A stretch of DNA of 60,670 bases from NCBI GenBank assembly GCA_015490835.1, contig WFXA01000222.1:1-60670 (forward strand). Direction: 5' to 3'. This DNA comes from Flavobacteriaceae bacterium. Lineage in GTDB: Bacteria > Bacteroidota > Bacteroidia > Flavobacteriales > Flavobacteriaceae. Shown piece after piece: positions 29,133-37,255 of the stretch (within the stretch, counting starts at the first letter, position 1; each line of letters starts with the position of its first letter). Both the position numbers and the translations under genes were made by a program. The notes beneath the pieces are model-generated. The model searched no databases and was not told where the DNA came from. It saw only the letters and a program-made list of their open reading frames with translations.

Positions 29133-30146
29133 TTAATCAACAACATAGGTTTCTCCTGAAAAAAGCAAATCGTCCACTTTAGAAAAACTAGACCTTGATT
29201 TTACTTCTTCGGTTAAAGCGTCTTCTCTTTCTTCCAATGTAACGTCTTCATAGCTTCTAATAATCCCTGTTACCAGAGGATATTCCAGACGGATAAGCAT
29301 TTGGTGTAGCGTAGGGTCTTTTTCCTTGGCATCGTGTATGAGAATGTCTTCTTCGGTTATTCCGTTTTCACCTATAGTCACCACCTCTATTTTTAAATCA
29401 TTTAACACCAGCCCTTTGTCTTTTTCTTTTCCGAAAATCATAGGCTCGCCATGTTCAACAAATAATTGTTTGTCTGCTCGTACTGCTTTATCAGTAAACT
29501 GAGTAAAACAACCATCATTAAAAATCACACAATTTTGAAGCACTTCAATCAAGGAAGTTCCTTTAAATTTTTCGGCTTCAATAAATAATTGTGTCATTTC
29601 TTTAGGTGTGTTACCACCTATTCTGGCAAAAAATCTACTATGAGCTCCAATGGCTAATTCTCCTGGTTGAAATGGGGGTTGTGTATTTCCGTAAGGAGAA
29701 GATTTGGTTTTTTGCCCTACTAACGACGTGGGAGAAAATTGCCCTTTGGTGAGTCCGTAGATTTCGTTATTAAAGAGAATAATATTAAGATCTAAGTTTC
29801 TTCTAAGTACGTGAATAAAATGGTTTCCACCTATTGCCATGGCATCTCCGTCTCCCGTGATTACCCATACACTAAGGTCTGGATTTGCCAATTTTACTCC
29901 TGAAGCAATTGCGGGAGCCCGACCATGGATTCCGTGCATTCCGTAAGTGTCCATATAGTAAGGAAAACGGGAAGAACATCCTATTCCTGAAATAAACACA
30001 ACATCTTCTTTCTTTACGCCCATTTCGGGGAGTGCTTTTTGCATAGACCGTAAAATTACATAGTCATCACAGCCGGGGCACCACCTTACTTCTTGGTCGC
30101 TAACAAAGTCTTTAAAATTATATTTTTTTGCTACTGTATTTTCCAT
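29133..30146 (-). CDS. korB: 2-oxoacid:ferredoxin oxidoreductase beta subunit (TPP-binding)
   Basis: WCPGC, SGIGCSSR, HGRA, TPP motif GDGD...NNEIYGLTKGQ, QNCVIFN. Substrate specificity is not proven. Confidence 0.9.
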   Translation of the reverse strand: MENTVAKKYNFKDFVSDQEVRWCPGCDDYVILRSMQKALPEMGVKKEDVVFISGIGCSSRFPYYMDTYGMHGIHGRAPAIASGVKLANPDLSVWVITGDGDAMAIGGNHFIHVLRRNLDLNIILFNNEIYGLTKGQFSPTSLVGQKTKSSPYGNTQPPFQPGELAIGAHSRFFARIGGNTPKEMTQLFIEAEKFKGTSLIEVLQNCVIFNDGCFTQFTDKAVRADKQLFVEHGEPMIFGKEKDKGLVLNDLKIEVVTIGENGITEEDILIHDAKEKDPTLHQMLIRLEYPLVTGIIRSYEDVTLEEREDALTEEVKSRSSFSKVDDLLFSGETYVVD

Positions 30147-30148
30147 AA

Positions 30149-32005
30149 TTATTGTAAAAGGTGTTTAAATTTCTCAATCAACTCATTGTTTCCAAAAGGT
30201 AATCCTTGTACTTTATTGAATTGAACAAAGTTGTAGTTGTTGAAATTAATTTTTAATACTTTGGCAAACTGTCCGTAATTGAGTTCGCAAACAACTATTT
30301 TTTTAAATCGTTTTAATAAATCTTCTGTGTTTTTTGGAAGTGGATTTATATAATTAAAATGAGCGAATCCAACGTTGTCATATCCGGCTTCATTCATTTC
30401 TTTTACTGCTGTGTGTAGTGAGCCATAAGTGCCTCCCCAACCTATAACCAGCAAATCACCTTCTTGAGCAAATTCCGGTTCAATTTCAGGAATAAAGTTT
30501 TGAACCCGCTTTACTTTTTCGGCTCTTATTTTGACCATATACTCATGATTTTCGGGAACATAAGATACATTTCCTGTTACTTTATCTTTTTCCAAACCAC
30601 CAACCCGATGTTCTAAACCGGGAGTTCCGGGTATAGCCCAATCTCTAGCTAAGGTTTCGTCATCTCTATTATAAGGATGCCAGCTTTCATTAGCTTCTTT
30701 AATAATACGGTTCTTAATTGTTGGCATATCTTCTACGGTTTTTATTTTCCAAGGAGCTGAACCGTTGGCAATATATCCGTCTGTAAGTAAAACAACAGGA
30801 GTCATGTGTTCCAATGCTAGTTTTGCAGCAATAAAGGCGTAATCGAAACAATTAGCTGGCGTACTTGCCGCAATAACTATTACCGGACTTTCACCGTTTC
30901 TTCCGTACATAGCTTGTAACAAATCTGATTGTTCGGTTTTTGTAGGGAGTCCGGTTGAGGGTCCGCCTCGTTGAACATTTACTACTACTAAGGGTAATTC
31001 TACCATCATTGCGAGTCCCAATGCTTCTCCTTTCAGTGCCAATCCCGGACCTGAAGTTGTAGTGATTGCCAGATCACCAGCAAAAGAAGCCCCAATAGAG
31101 GAGGTTATTCCGGCGATTTCATCTTCCGCTTGAAAAGCTTTTACACCAAAATGTTTGTGCTTAACCATCTCGTGAAGAATATCGGTAGCAGGAGTAATAG
31201 GATAAGAACCTAAAAAGAGTTCTAAGCCTGATTTTTCGGCGGCAGCCAAGAACCCCCATGCCGTTGCGGTATTTCCCATGATAATACGATACGTTCCTTT
31301 AGCCATTTTAGCTGGTGAGATTGTATATGTATTTGGGATAAGTTCTAAGGTTTCTGCAAAATAATAACCGGCATTTAATACCTTTGTATTTGCTTCAATT
31401 ATTTGAGGTTTTGATTTAAACTTTTTATGAAAAAAATCAATAGTATAATCCCTAGAACGGTCATACATCCAGTAAACCATTCCGAGGGCAAACATATTTT
31501 TGCTTCGGGTGATACTTTTATTATCTAGTCCCTCAACATCTTTTAACGCCTCTTTGGTAAGTGAAGTCATAGCAACTTCAATCACACGATAATTTTCTAA
31601 AGAACCATCTTCAAGCGGATTGGTTTCGTACAACGCTTTTTCAAGATTTTTTTTGGTAAAAGCATCGGTATCAACAATAATGGTATGCCCTGGTTTAACC
31701 GCACCAATATTTGTTTTTAATCCGGCAGGATTCATAGCAACTAATAGGTCAACATTATCACCGGGAGTGCTTATCTCTACACTTCCTATATGAACTTGAA
31801 AACCGGAAACACCATATAAGCTACCTTGAGGAGCTCTAATTTCTGAAGGGTAATTAGGGAATGTCGCCACATCATTACCAAACATGGCAGAGGTGTCTGT
31901 AAATTGTGTTCCGGTTAGTTGCATTCCGTCTCCCGAATCACCTACAAACCTAATAACGACAGCATCAATTACTTCTGGCTGTTGTTTTGTTTTAGTTGAA
32001 CTCAT
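30149..32005 (-). CDS. korA: 2-oxoacid:ferredoxin oxidoreductase alpha subunit (gamma-alpha fusion)
   Basis: GDSGDGMQLTG gamma domain, YPITP, QAEDEIA, TTTSGPG, QRGGPSTGLPT. Confidence 0.9.
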   Translation of the reverse strand: MSSTKTKQQPEVIDAVVIRFVGDSGDGMQLTGTQFTDTSAMFGNDVATFPNYPSEIRAPQGSLYGVSGFQVHIGSVEISTPGDNVDLLVAMNPAGLKTNIGAVKPGHTIIVDTDAFTKKNLEKALYETNPLEDGSLENYRVIEVAMTSLTKEALKDVEGLDNKSITRSKNMFALGMVYWMYDRSRDYTIDFFHKKFKSKPQIIEANTKVLNAGYYFAETLELIPNTYTISPAKMAKGTYRIIMGNTATAWGFLAAAEKSGLELFLGSYPITPATDILHEMVKHKHFGVKAFQAEDEIAGITSSIGASFAGDLAITTTSGPGLALKGEALGLAMMVELPLVVVNVQRGGPSTGLPTKTEQSDLLQAMYGRNGESPVIVIAASTPANCFDYAFIAAKLALEHMTPVVLLTDGYIANGSAPWKIKTVEDMPTIKNRIIKEANESWHPYNRDDETLARDWAIPGTPGLEHRVGGLEKDKVTGNVSYVPENHEYMVKIRAEKVKRVQNFIPEIEPEFAQEGDLLVIGWGGTYGSLHTAVKEMNEAGYDNVGFAHFNYINPLPKNTEDLLKRFKKIVVCELNYGQFAKVLKINFNNYNFVQFNKVQGLPFGNNELIEKFKHLLQ

Positions 32006-32092
32006 AATTTTTTGAAAAATTTCTTTAAATTTAGGAAATTATTTAATATAAAAATAAAAATCCAAATGTATTTTAACAATTTCAATAAAATT

Positions 32093-32106
32093 ATGACGTT
32101 TGTCAC
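32093..32106. promoter_or_regulatory. Crp/Fnr-like palindrome TGAC-N4-GTCA in the divergent korA/ferredoxin intergenic region
   Basis: aTGACgtttGTCAc fits the TGA-N6-TCA core of Crp/Fnr-family sites and sits in an otherwise very AT-rich spacer. Confidence 0.55.
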
Positions 32107-32159
32107 TTTATTTAAAAAAATAATTTATAGTTTAGCTTATTAATTTAAAATATTTTACC

Positions 32160-32510
32160 ATGGCAATAATAATCACAGATGAGTGTATAAACTGCGACGC
32201 TTGTGTTGCTGAATGTCCTAACAATGCTATTTATGAGCCAGATCAAGAATGGTCTTATGCTGAAGGAACAGAACTTTCCGGAATGGTAACCCTTCCTAAT
32301 GGAGAAGAAGTTGATGCTGATGCAATTAACGAACCTTTTTCCGACGAGTTTTATTTTATAGTAACCGACAAGTGTACCGAATGTAAAGGATTTCATGACG
32401 AACCTCAATGTGCCTCTGTGTGTCCGGTAGATTGTTGTGTTCCTGATGAAAACCATGTGGAGACGGAAGAACAATTACTGGCTAAAAAGGCGTGGTTACA
32501 CAACGAATAA
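32160..32510 (+). CDS. 2x[4Fe-4S] ferredoxin, YfhL/Alvin-type
   Basis: CINCDACVAECP and CTECKGFHDEPQCASVCP (CxxC-x8-CxxxCP insertion); strongly D/E-rich. Confidence 0.93.
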   Translation: MAIIITDECINCDACVAECPNNAIYEPDQEWSYAEGTELSGMVTLPNGEEVDADAINEPFSDEFYFIVTDKCTECKGFHDEPQCASVCPVDCCVPDENHVETEEQLLAKKAWLHNE

Positions 32511-32551
32511 TGTAGTTATATAAAAAGGAATTATTTTTTTGTGTCAAGGCG

Positions 32552-33451
32552 GGTAATGTCCTAAACCGGCATTTTTAAAAAATGACTAAAATTAAATGTT
32601 GATTATCAACAAATTATAAAATGAATAAGTCTCTTAATGGAGCCTTGTTCTATTTCTTTGAAATATTAAAATTCGTTAGGAGCTGTAAAAACTAGGTTTC
32701 TTTACACCTTATGTCCTAAATTGGCGCTTTAAAAAACCATGAATTGTTCGAAGTGTAATTCTTCAAATTATATTAAGAAGGGTTTACGAAATAATAAACA
32801 ACGGTTTTATTGTAAAGATTGTAAAAAATATTTTCAATCAAGTTATAGTTATAAGGCTTATAAAGCAGGAATAAATTCACTATTAGTAAGTTTATTAAAA
32901 GAAGGCTGTAGTGTTAGGGGAATTTCAAGAGTATTAAAAATTTCTAAGGATACTGTTTTATCAAGAATTCTTAAAATTAGTAAACAGATTAAGAATCCAT
33001 ATTTCAATAAGTTTGGTTGTAAGTTTGAGATTGATGAAATTTGGAGCTTTATTGGAAACAAAACAAATGTTACTTGGATTACTTACGTTATAGAAAGAGA
33101 AAGCAAAAATGTCATTGATTTCTTTGTTGGCAAAAAAACAAAAAAAACAATTAGACCACTCATTCATAAAGTATTATTACTTGAACCAAATAGAATTTAT
33201 ACAGATAAATTAAATATTTACCCTTCACTTATTCCAAAAGAAATTCGTATACAATTTCAATATTGCACCAACAAAATTGAAAGAATGAATTTAACATTAC
33301 GTACACATATTAAAAGATTAAGCAGGAAAACGATTTGTTTTTCGAGAGATAAAAAATATCTTGAAGCACATTTACGCATCTACTTTTGGGGATAGTGCCT
33401 GAAAAGCTACCCCAATTTATTTTTAACTTACACACTTTTTAGGATGGTGCC
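32552..33451 (+). mobile_element. IS1-family insertion sequence (approximate ends)
   Basis: Left end GGTAATGTCCTAAA and right end (reverse complement) GGCACCATCCTAAA form an imperfect inverted repeat around the transposase. No target-site duplication seen. Confidence 0.7.
32739..33395 (+). CDS. IS1-family transposase (Zn finger, HTH and DDE in one frame)
   Basis: CSKC...RFYCKDC, GCSVRGISRVL (HTH), EIDEIWSF, IYTD, TNKIERMNLTLRTHIKRLSRKTICFSR. Confidence 0.92.
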   Translation: MNCSKCNSSNYIKKGLRNNKQRFYCKDCKKYFQSSYSYKAYKAGINSLLVSLLKEGCSVRGISRVLKISKDTVLSRILKISKQIKNPYFNKFGCKFEIDEIWSFIGNKTNVTWITYVIERESKNVIDFFVGKKTKKTIRPLIHKVLLLEPNRIYTDKLNIYPSLIPKEIRIQFQYCTNKIERMNLTLRTHIKRLSRKTICFSRDKKYLEAHLRIYFWG

Positions 33452-33716
33452 GGGCATTTACCAAAATCACTTCAAAATCGTCTTCCAAAACATTAAAAAC
33501 GGGTTTCCAGTAAACTCTTGTACTCTCCATAGCTACGTGTGTTACTTTTTGGCTTTTGCACCAATCTCTTAAATCTGTCAATGAACTTGTGTAGGCTCCA
33601 AATTCACGAGTCTCGTACTCGTTATTGCTACTACGAACTGTTGCTACTATGATGTCTTTATGTACATCTATGCCACAGCCCACTTTTATTACCTGTGTGT
33701 ATTCTATTGCTGCCAT
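33452..33716 (-). pseudogene. Truncated IS110-family transposase (N-terminal DEDD domain only)
   Basis: CGIDVHKD, VAMEST(R)VYWKPVFNVLE, LVNARH, after which the frame enters the IS1 end and stops at 33423. Confidence 0.9.
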
Positions 33717-33970
33717 AGTAGCAAAGATATTTATTGCGGTGGGTATATTTGCTTATTTATGGAATTTCAAAATAAAAAGGCTTTTATGGTTATTAGCCAC
33801 CTAAACAAAAAAAAAGATTGACTTATGCAAATTTTTTGGTAGTTTTTTTAAAAAACTGAAATTTACGGCATTACCTTACTTTAGGTAAGGTTTTTGTGAT
33901 AGAAAAGAATTAAAATTTTTAGTTCTTACACAAGTTAGTAACGGTTTATTAATGAGTTTGGATGATTTTT

Positions 33971-35173
33971 TTATTCCTCATATTCTTGATATAAAAAATG
34001 ATTGTAAGGAAACCGTTTTATGTGTATGGCTTTTACTTTATTATAAACGGTTTTTCTAAATTCCTCAAGGTTTTCTTTGTTTAATGCCGAGATAAAAACC
34101 GCATCTTGTTGCTTGTTCATCCACGTTTTTTTCCAATCTTGTAATGTGTTATGGGCTGTTGTTTTTTGGGTAACCAAATCGTCTTCATCTATGGTTTCGG
34201 GCGTATAGGCATCTATTTTATTAAACACCATTAAAACCGGTTTACCGGCAGCATTTATATCGTCTAAAATGGCATTTACAGATTCTATATGATGCTCAAA
34301 AGAAGGGTGCGAAATAGCAACAACATGAAGCAATAAATCGGCTTCCCGAACTTCGTCCAACGTACTTTTAAAAGACTCTACCAATTGAGTGGGAAGCTTG
34401 CGTATAAAACCTACCGTATCGGTTAACAAGAAAGGTAAATTTCCTATCACTACTTTTCGTACGGTGGTATCTAAGGTGGCAAATAGTTTGTTTTCGGCAA
34501 AGACTTTAGACTTACTAATGGCATTCATTAAGGTAGATTTTCCCACATTGGTATAACCCACTAAAGCAACACGTACCAAAGCACCCCGGTTGCCGCGTTG
34601 TACAGCCATCTGTTTGTCTATGGTAGCCAGTTTCTTTTTTAATAACGAAATTCTATCGCGTACAATACGGCGGTCGGTTTCAATTTCGGTTTCACCCGGT
34701 CCGCGCATTCCTATACCTCCACGTTGCCGCTCTAGGTGCGTCCACAATCCGGTAAGTCGGGGTAGTAAATATTGGTATTGTGCCAGTTCTACTTGAGTGC
34801 GAGCATAGCTGGTTTTAGCTCGTTGTGCAAAAATATCGAGAATAAGATTGGTTCGGTCTATGATTTTTACTTGTAAAATACGTTCGATATTTTTTTGCTG
34901 TGCCGGACTTAATTCGTCATCAAAAATAGCTACCGAAACATCGTTTTCTTCAATGTAAACTCTAATTTCTTCAATTTTTCCGGTTCCAATAAACGTTTTT
35001 GGATTGGGGATATCCATTTTCTGAACAAACCGTTTTAACACTTCGGCTCCTGCGGTATGAGCAAGAAATTCCAACTCGTCCAGATATTCTTTAGATTTAA
35101 CAGCGTCTTGTTTTTGAGTAATTATTCCTACTAAAATCGCTTTTTCGTATGCTATGTTGTTTTTTTCTATCAT
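33971..35173 (-). CDS. hflX: Ribosome-splitting GTPase HflX
   Basis: GGIGMRGPGETEIETDRR, G1 GYTNVGKST, LFATLDTT, DTVGFI, NKID. Confidence 0.97.
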   Translation of the reverse strand: MIEKNNIAYEKAILVGIITQKQDAVKSKEYLDELEFLAHTAGAEVLKRFVQKMDIPNPKTFIGTGKIEEIRVYIEENDVSVAIFDDELSPAQQKNIERILQVKIIDRTNLILDIFAQRAKTSYARTQVELAQYQYLLPRLTGLWTHLERQRGGIGMRGPGETEIETDRRIVRDRISLLKKKLATIDKQMAVQRGNRGALVRVALVGYTNVGKSTLMNAISKSKVFAENKLFATLDTTVRKVVIGNLPFLLTDTVGFIRKLPTQLVESFKSTLDEVREADLLLHVVAISHPSFEHHIESVNAILDDINAAGKPVLMVFNKIDAYTPETIDEDDLVTQKTTAHNTLQDWKKTWMNKQQDAVFISALNKENLEEFRKTVYNKVKAIHIKRFPYNHFLYQEYEE

Positions 35174-35185
35174 AATTTACATCTG

Positions 35186-35193
35186 CAAAGGTA
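35186..35193 (-). promoter_or_regulatory. Bacteroidota -7 promoter element (TACCTTTG) for hflX
   Basis: Exact TAnnTTTG match 12 bp upstream of the start. Confidence 0.6.
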
Positions 35194-35282
35194 AGAATAA
35201 GAAGTGAGTTTAAAAGTACTATTATTTTGTAGTCAATTCTGTTAGTAATACGTTATATTTGTTTTGAATTATATAGTTAAAA

Positions 35283-36248
35283 ATGTACACTTCAAAAGAG
35301 TTTAATTACTTCACATTTGCGTTTTACAACCTTGAAAATTTATTTGATACGGTAAATAATCCCAACACATTGGATGATGATTTTACACCCGAATCTGATA
35401 AAGAATGGAATCAAGAAAAGTATGCCAATAAACTACAAAAACTCGCCCGGGTTATTTCTCAAATCGGTTTTGAGGAAATTAATCATCCTCCGGTTTTAAT
35501 TGGGGTAGCCGAAGTAGAAAACAAAAAAGTTTTGGAAGATTTAACAAATACCGGTTTTTTAAAAGATAAAGATTACGGTTTTGTACATTTTAATTCCCCC
35601 GATGAACGCGGTATCGATACCGCACTATTATACCGAAAAAAATACAGTAGCGTTTTAGAAAGTAAAACCTTTGAACTTCTGGTAAATAACACAGAGGGCG
35701 AAAGAGATTATACTCGAGATGTTTTATATGTAAAACTCTGCCTTCAAAAACAAACGGTACACCTTTTAGTAAATCATTGGCCCTCACGGCGAGATGGCGC
35801 CGAAAAAACTTCGTATAAAAGAGAAACAGCCGCACGTAAAAATATCGAGATTATTTCTGCTATACTAAATGAAGATTCACAAGCAAAAATTGTGGTCATG
35901 GGCGATTTTAATGACGACCCAAAAAGTAAAAGCATACAACTACTCAGTAACGATTTGTTGTACAACCCAATGGAACTACTTTTAACCAAATACGAAGGAA
36001 GTTTAAATTACCGTGGCGAGTGGAATTTATTTGACCAAATTATGGTTTCTACTAATTTTTTACAACAACATGGTAACGTCTTCCGGTTTGAAGAAGCTAA
36101 AATTTTTGATAAAAAATTGGTTCAAGAATATTCCGGAAAGTACAAAGGAAATCCTTATAGAACCTATGTAGGAAATAAATATTTAGGTGGTTATAGCGAT
36201 CATTTTCCGGTATATGGTATTTTTTCGATAAAAAAAGATGAACAATAA
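35283..36248 (+). CDS. Endonuclease/exonuclease/phosphatase family protein
   Basis: FYNLENLFD, AEVEN, DERGID, NHWPSRR, MGDFND, FDQI, GYSDHFPV. Confidence 0.92.
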   Translation: MYTSKEFNYFTFAFYNLENLFDTVNNPNTLDDDFTPESDKEWNQEKYANKLQKLARVISQIGFEEINHPPVLIGVAEVENKKVLEDLTNTGFLKDKDYGFVHFNSPDERGIDTALLYRKKYSSVLESKTFELLVNNTEGERDYTRDVLYVKLCLQKQTVHLLVNHWPSRRDGAEKTSYKRETAARKNIEIISAILNEDSQAKIVVMGDFNDDPKSKSIQLLSNDLLYNPMELLLTKYEGSLNYRGEWNLFDQIMVSTNFLQQHGNVFRFEEAKIFDKKLVQEYSGKYKGNPYRTYVGNKYLGGYSDHFPVYGIFSIKKDEQ

Positions 36249-36597
36249 GCCCGCAACTCTTACCGAAATCTTTTTGCAGAGCAAGAAAGAAACACTTTAC
36301 AAGCAACTGTTATTACAATTAAATAAAGATTTTGCAAGAGCAGGGATAGACGTTGTTTTACAGCCAAACCTAGCTACTAATGATTTAACAAAACAGCTTG
36401 TTAGGATAATAGATAAAACCATTCATCATGATTTTTCAACATTTTTAAATCTATTGTATGCCATTGATGTTTCTGAAGAAAAAATAAGACAACTTATTAC
36501 CAAAGACACAACCCTTTACATTGAAAAAGTGACCTACCTAATTGTATTTAGGCAGTGGCAAAAAGTATGGATGCGAAACAGGTATCGCACAAACTAA
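36238..36597 (+). CDS. Hypothetical protein, conserved-looking
   Basis: Overlaps the upstream stop; QLNKDF...LLYAIDVSE...RQWQKVW pattern of a small Bacteroidota family, from memory. Confidence 0.75.
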   Translation: MNNKPATLTEIFLQSKKETLYKQLLLQLNKDFARAGIDVVLQPNLATNDLTKQLVRIIDKTIHHDFSTFLNLLYAIDVSEEKIRQLITKDTTLYIEKVTYLIVFRQWQKVWMRNRYRTN

Positions 36598-36610
36598 TGC
36601 TTTTTTAACA

Positions 36611-37141
36611 TTAAAAATAAACCCTCACAAAGGGCAAGAAAGCACTTGCGTAAATGCTTTTGTTTTTATCATACAACACATCATATCGCATTCCAAAAGT
36701 AACACCTCCGGATCGATAACCAGCTCCCAAAAACAACGCCGGATATAAATAATTATCGTTAGCCAGACCTAAATTGGTTTCATATTTTCGGTTAACATTA
36801 AGTGCTTCAAACTCGGCAGAAAGTTGCAACGCATCAATAACATTAAAAAGCGAAATAATACTTCCGCCAAGTATGGTAGAACTGTACACGTTTTTTTGTT
36901 TGTTATAAGTGCCGTTTAATCCCAACCCAACCGAAATTTTTTTGTTTACATCATAAACAGCGCTCGGTGCCAACGTCCCGCTAAAAAATCCGTCGCCAAA
37001 ACTAAGCCCTATACCACCACCAAACCGTACATGCGACCAAAAGTTAGATTTTTGTTTTTCTTGCGATAGAATAGTTGAAGAAAAAACACCCATAAAAAAT
37101 AACACAAGAACAATCCTTGTTTTTAAAAAAGAAGTTTTCAT
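36611..37141 (-). CDS. Putative outer-membrane beta-barrel protein
   Basis: Signal peptide, alternating amphipathic strands (FGGGIGLSFG, LFLGAGY) and C-terminal Phe (VRVYF). Confidence 0.7.
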   Translation of the reverse strand: MKTSFLKTRIVLVLFFMGVFSSTILSQEKQKSNFWSHVRFGGGIGLSFGDGFFSGTLAPSAVYDVNKKISVGLGLNGTYNKQKNVYSSTILGGSIISLFNVIDALQLSAEFEALNVNRKYETNLGLANDNYLYPALFLGAGYRSGGVTFGMRYDVLYDKNKSIYASAFLPFVRVYF

Positions 37142-37208
37142 TTACTTGAAAATTTGTTTTACAGTGCTAAATATACAAAACAAATCTCATCGGTTTATAG
37201 ATTTATTG

Positions 37209-37216
37209 TATTTTTG
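37209..37216 (+). promoter_or_regulatory. Bacteroidota -7 promoter element (TATTTTTG) for sucAB
   Basis: TAnnTTTG match 39 bp upstream of the sucA start. Confidence 0.55.
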
Positions 37217-37255
37217 CAACGTTTTATTTAACAAATAGTACTTAGTTTCCGATTT

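Noticed and set aside
32145-32474. 109-aa minus-strand ORF over the ferredoxin
   Set aside because: Antisense shadow of a clear 2[4Fe-4S] ferredoxin; no motifs of its own.
33873-33895. ACCTTAC-tttag-GTAAGGT hairpin downstream of hflX
   Set aside because: The T tail is on the plus strand, opposite to hflX transcription, so it cannot be confidently called the hflX terminator; it may belong to the IS110 end.
36611-37141. Possible 2-oxoglutarate-metabolism role for the gene divergent from sucA
   Set aside because: The sequence looks like an exported beta-barrel with no TPP or other catalytic motif; proximity alone is not evidence.
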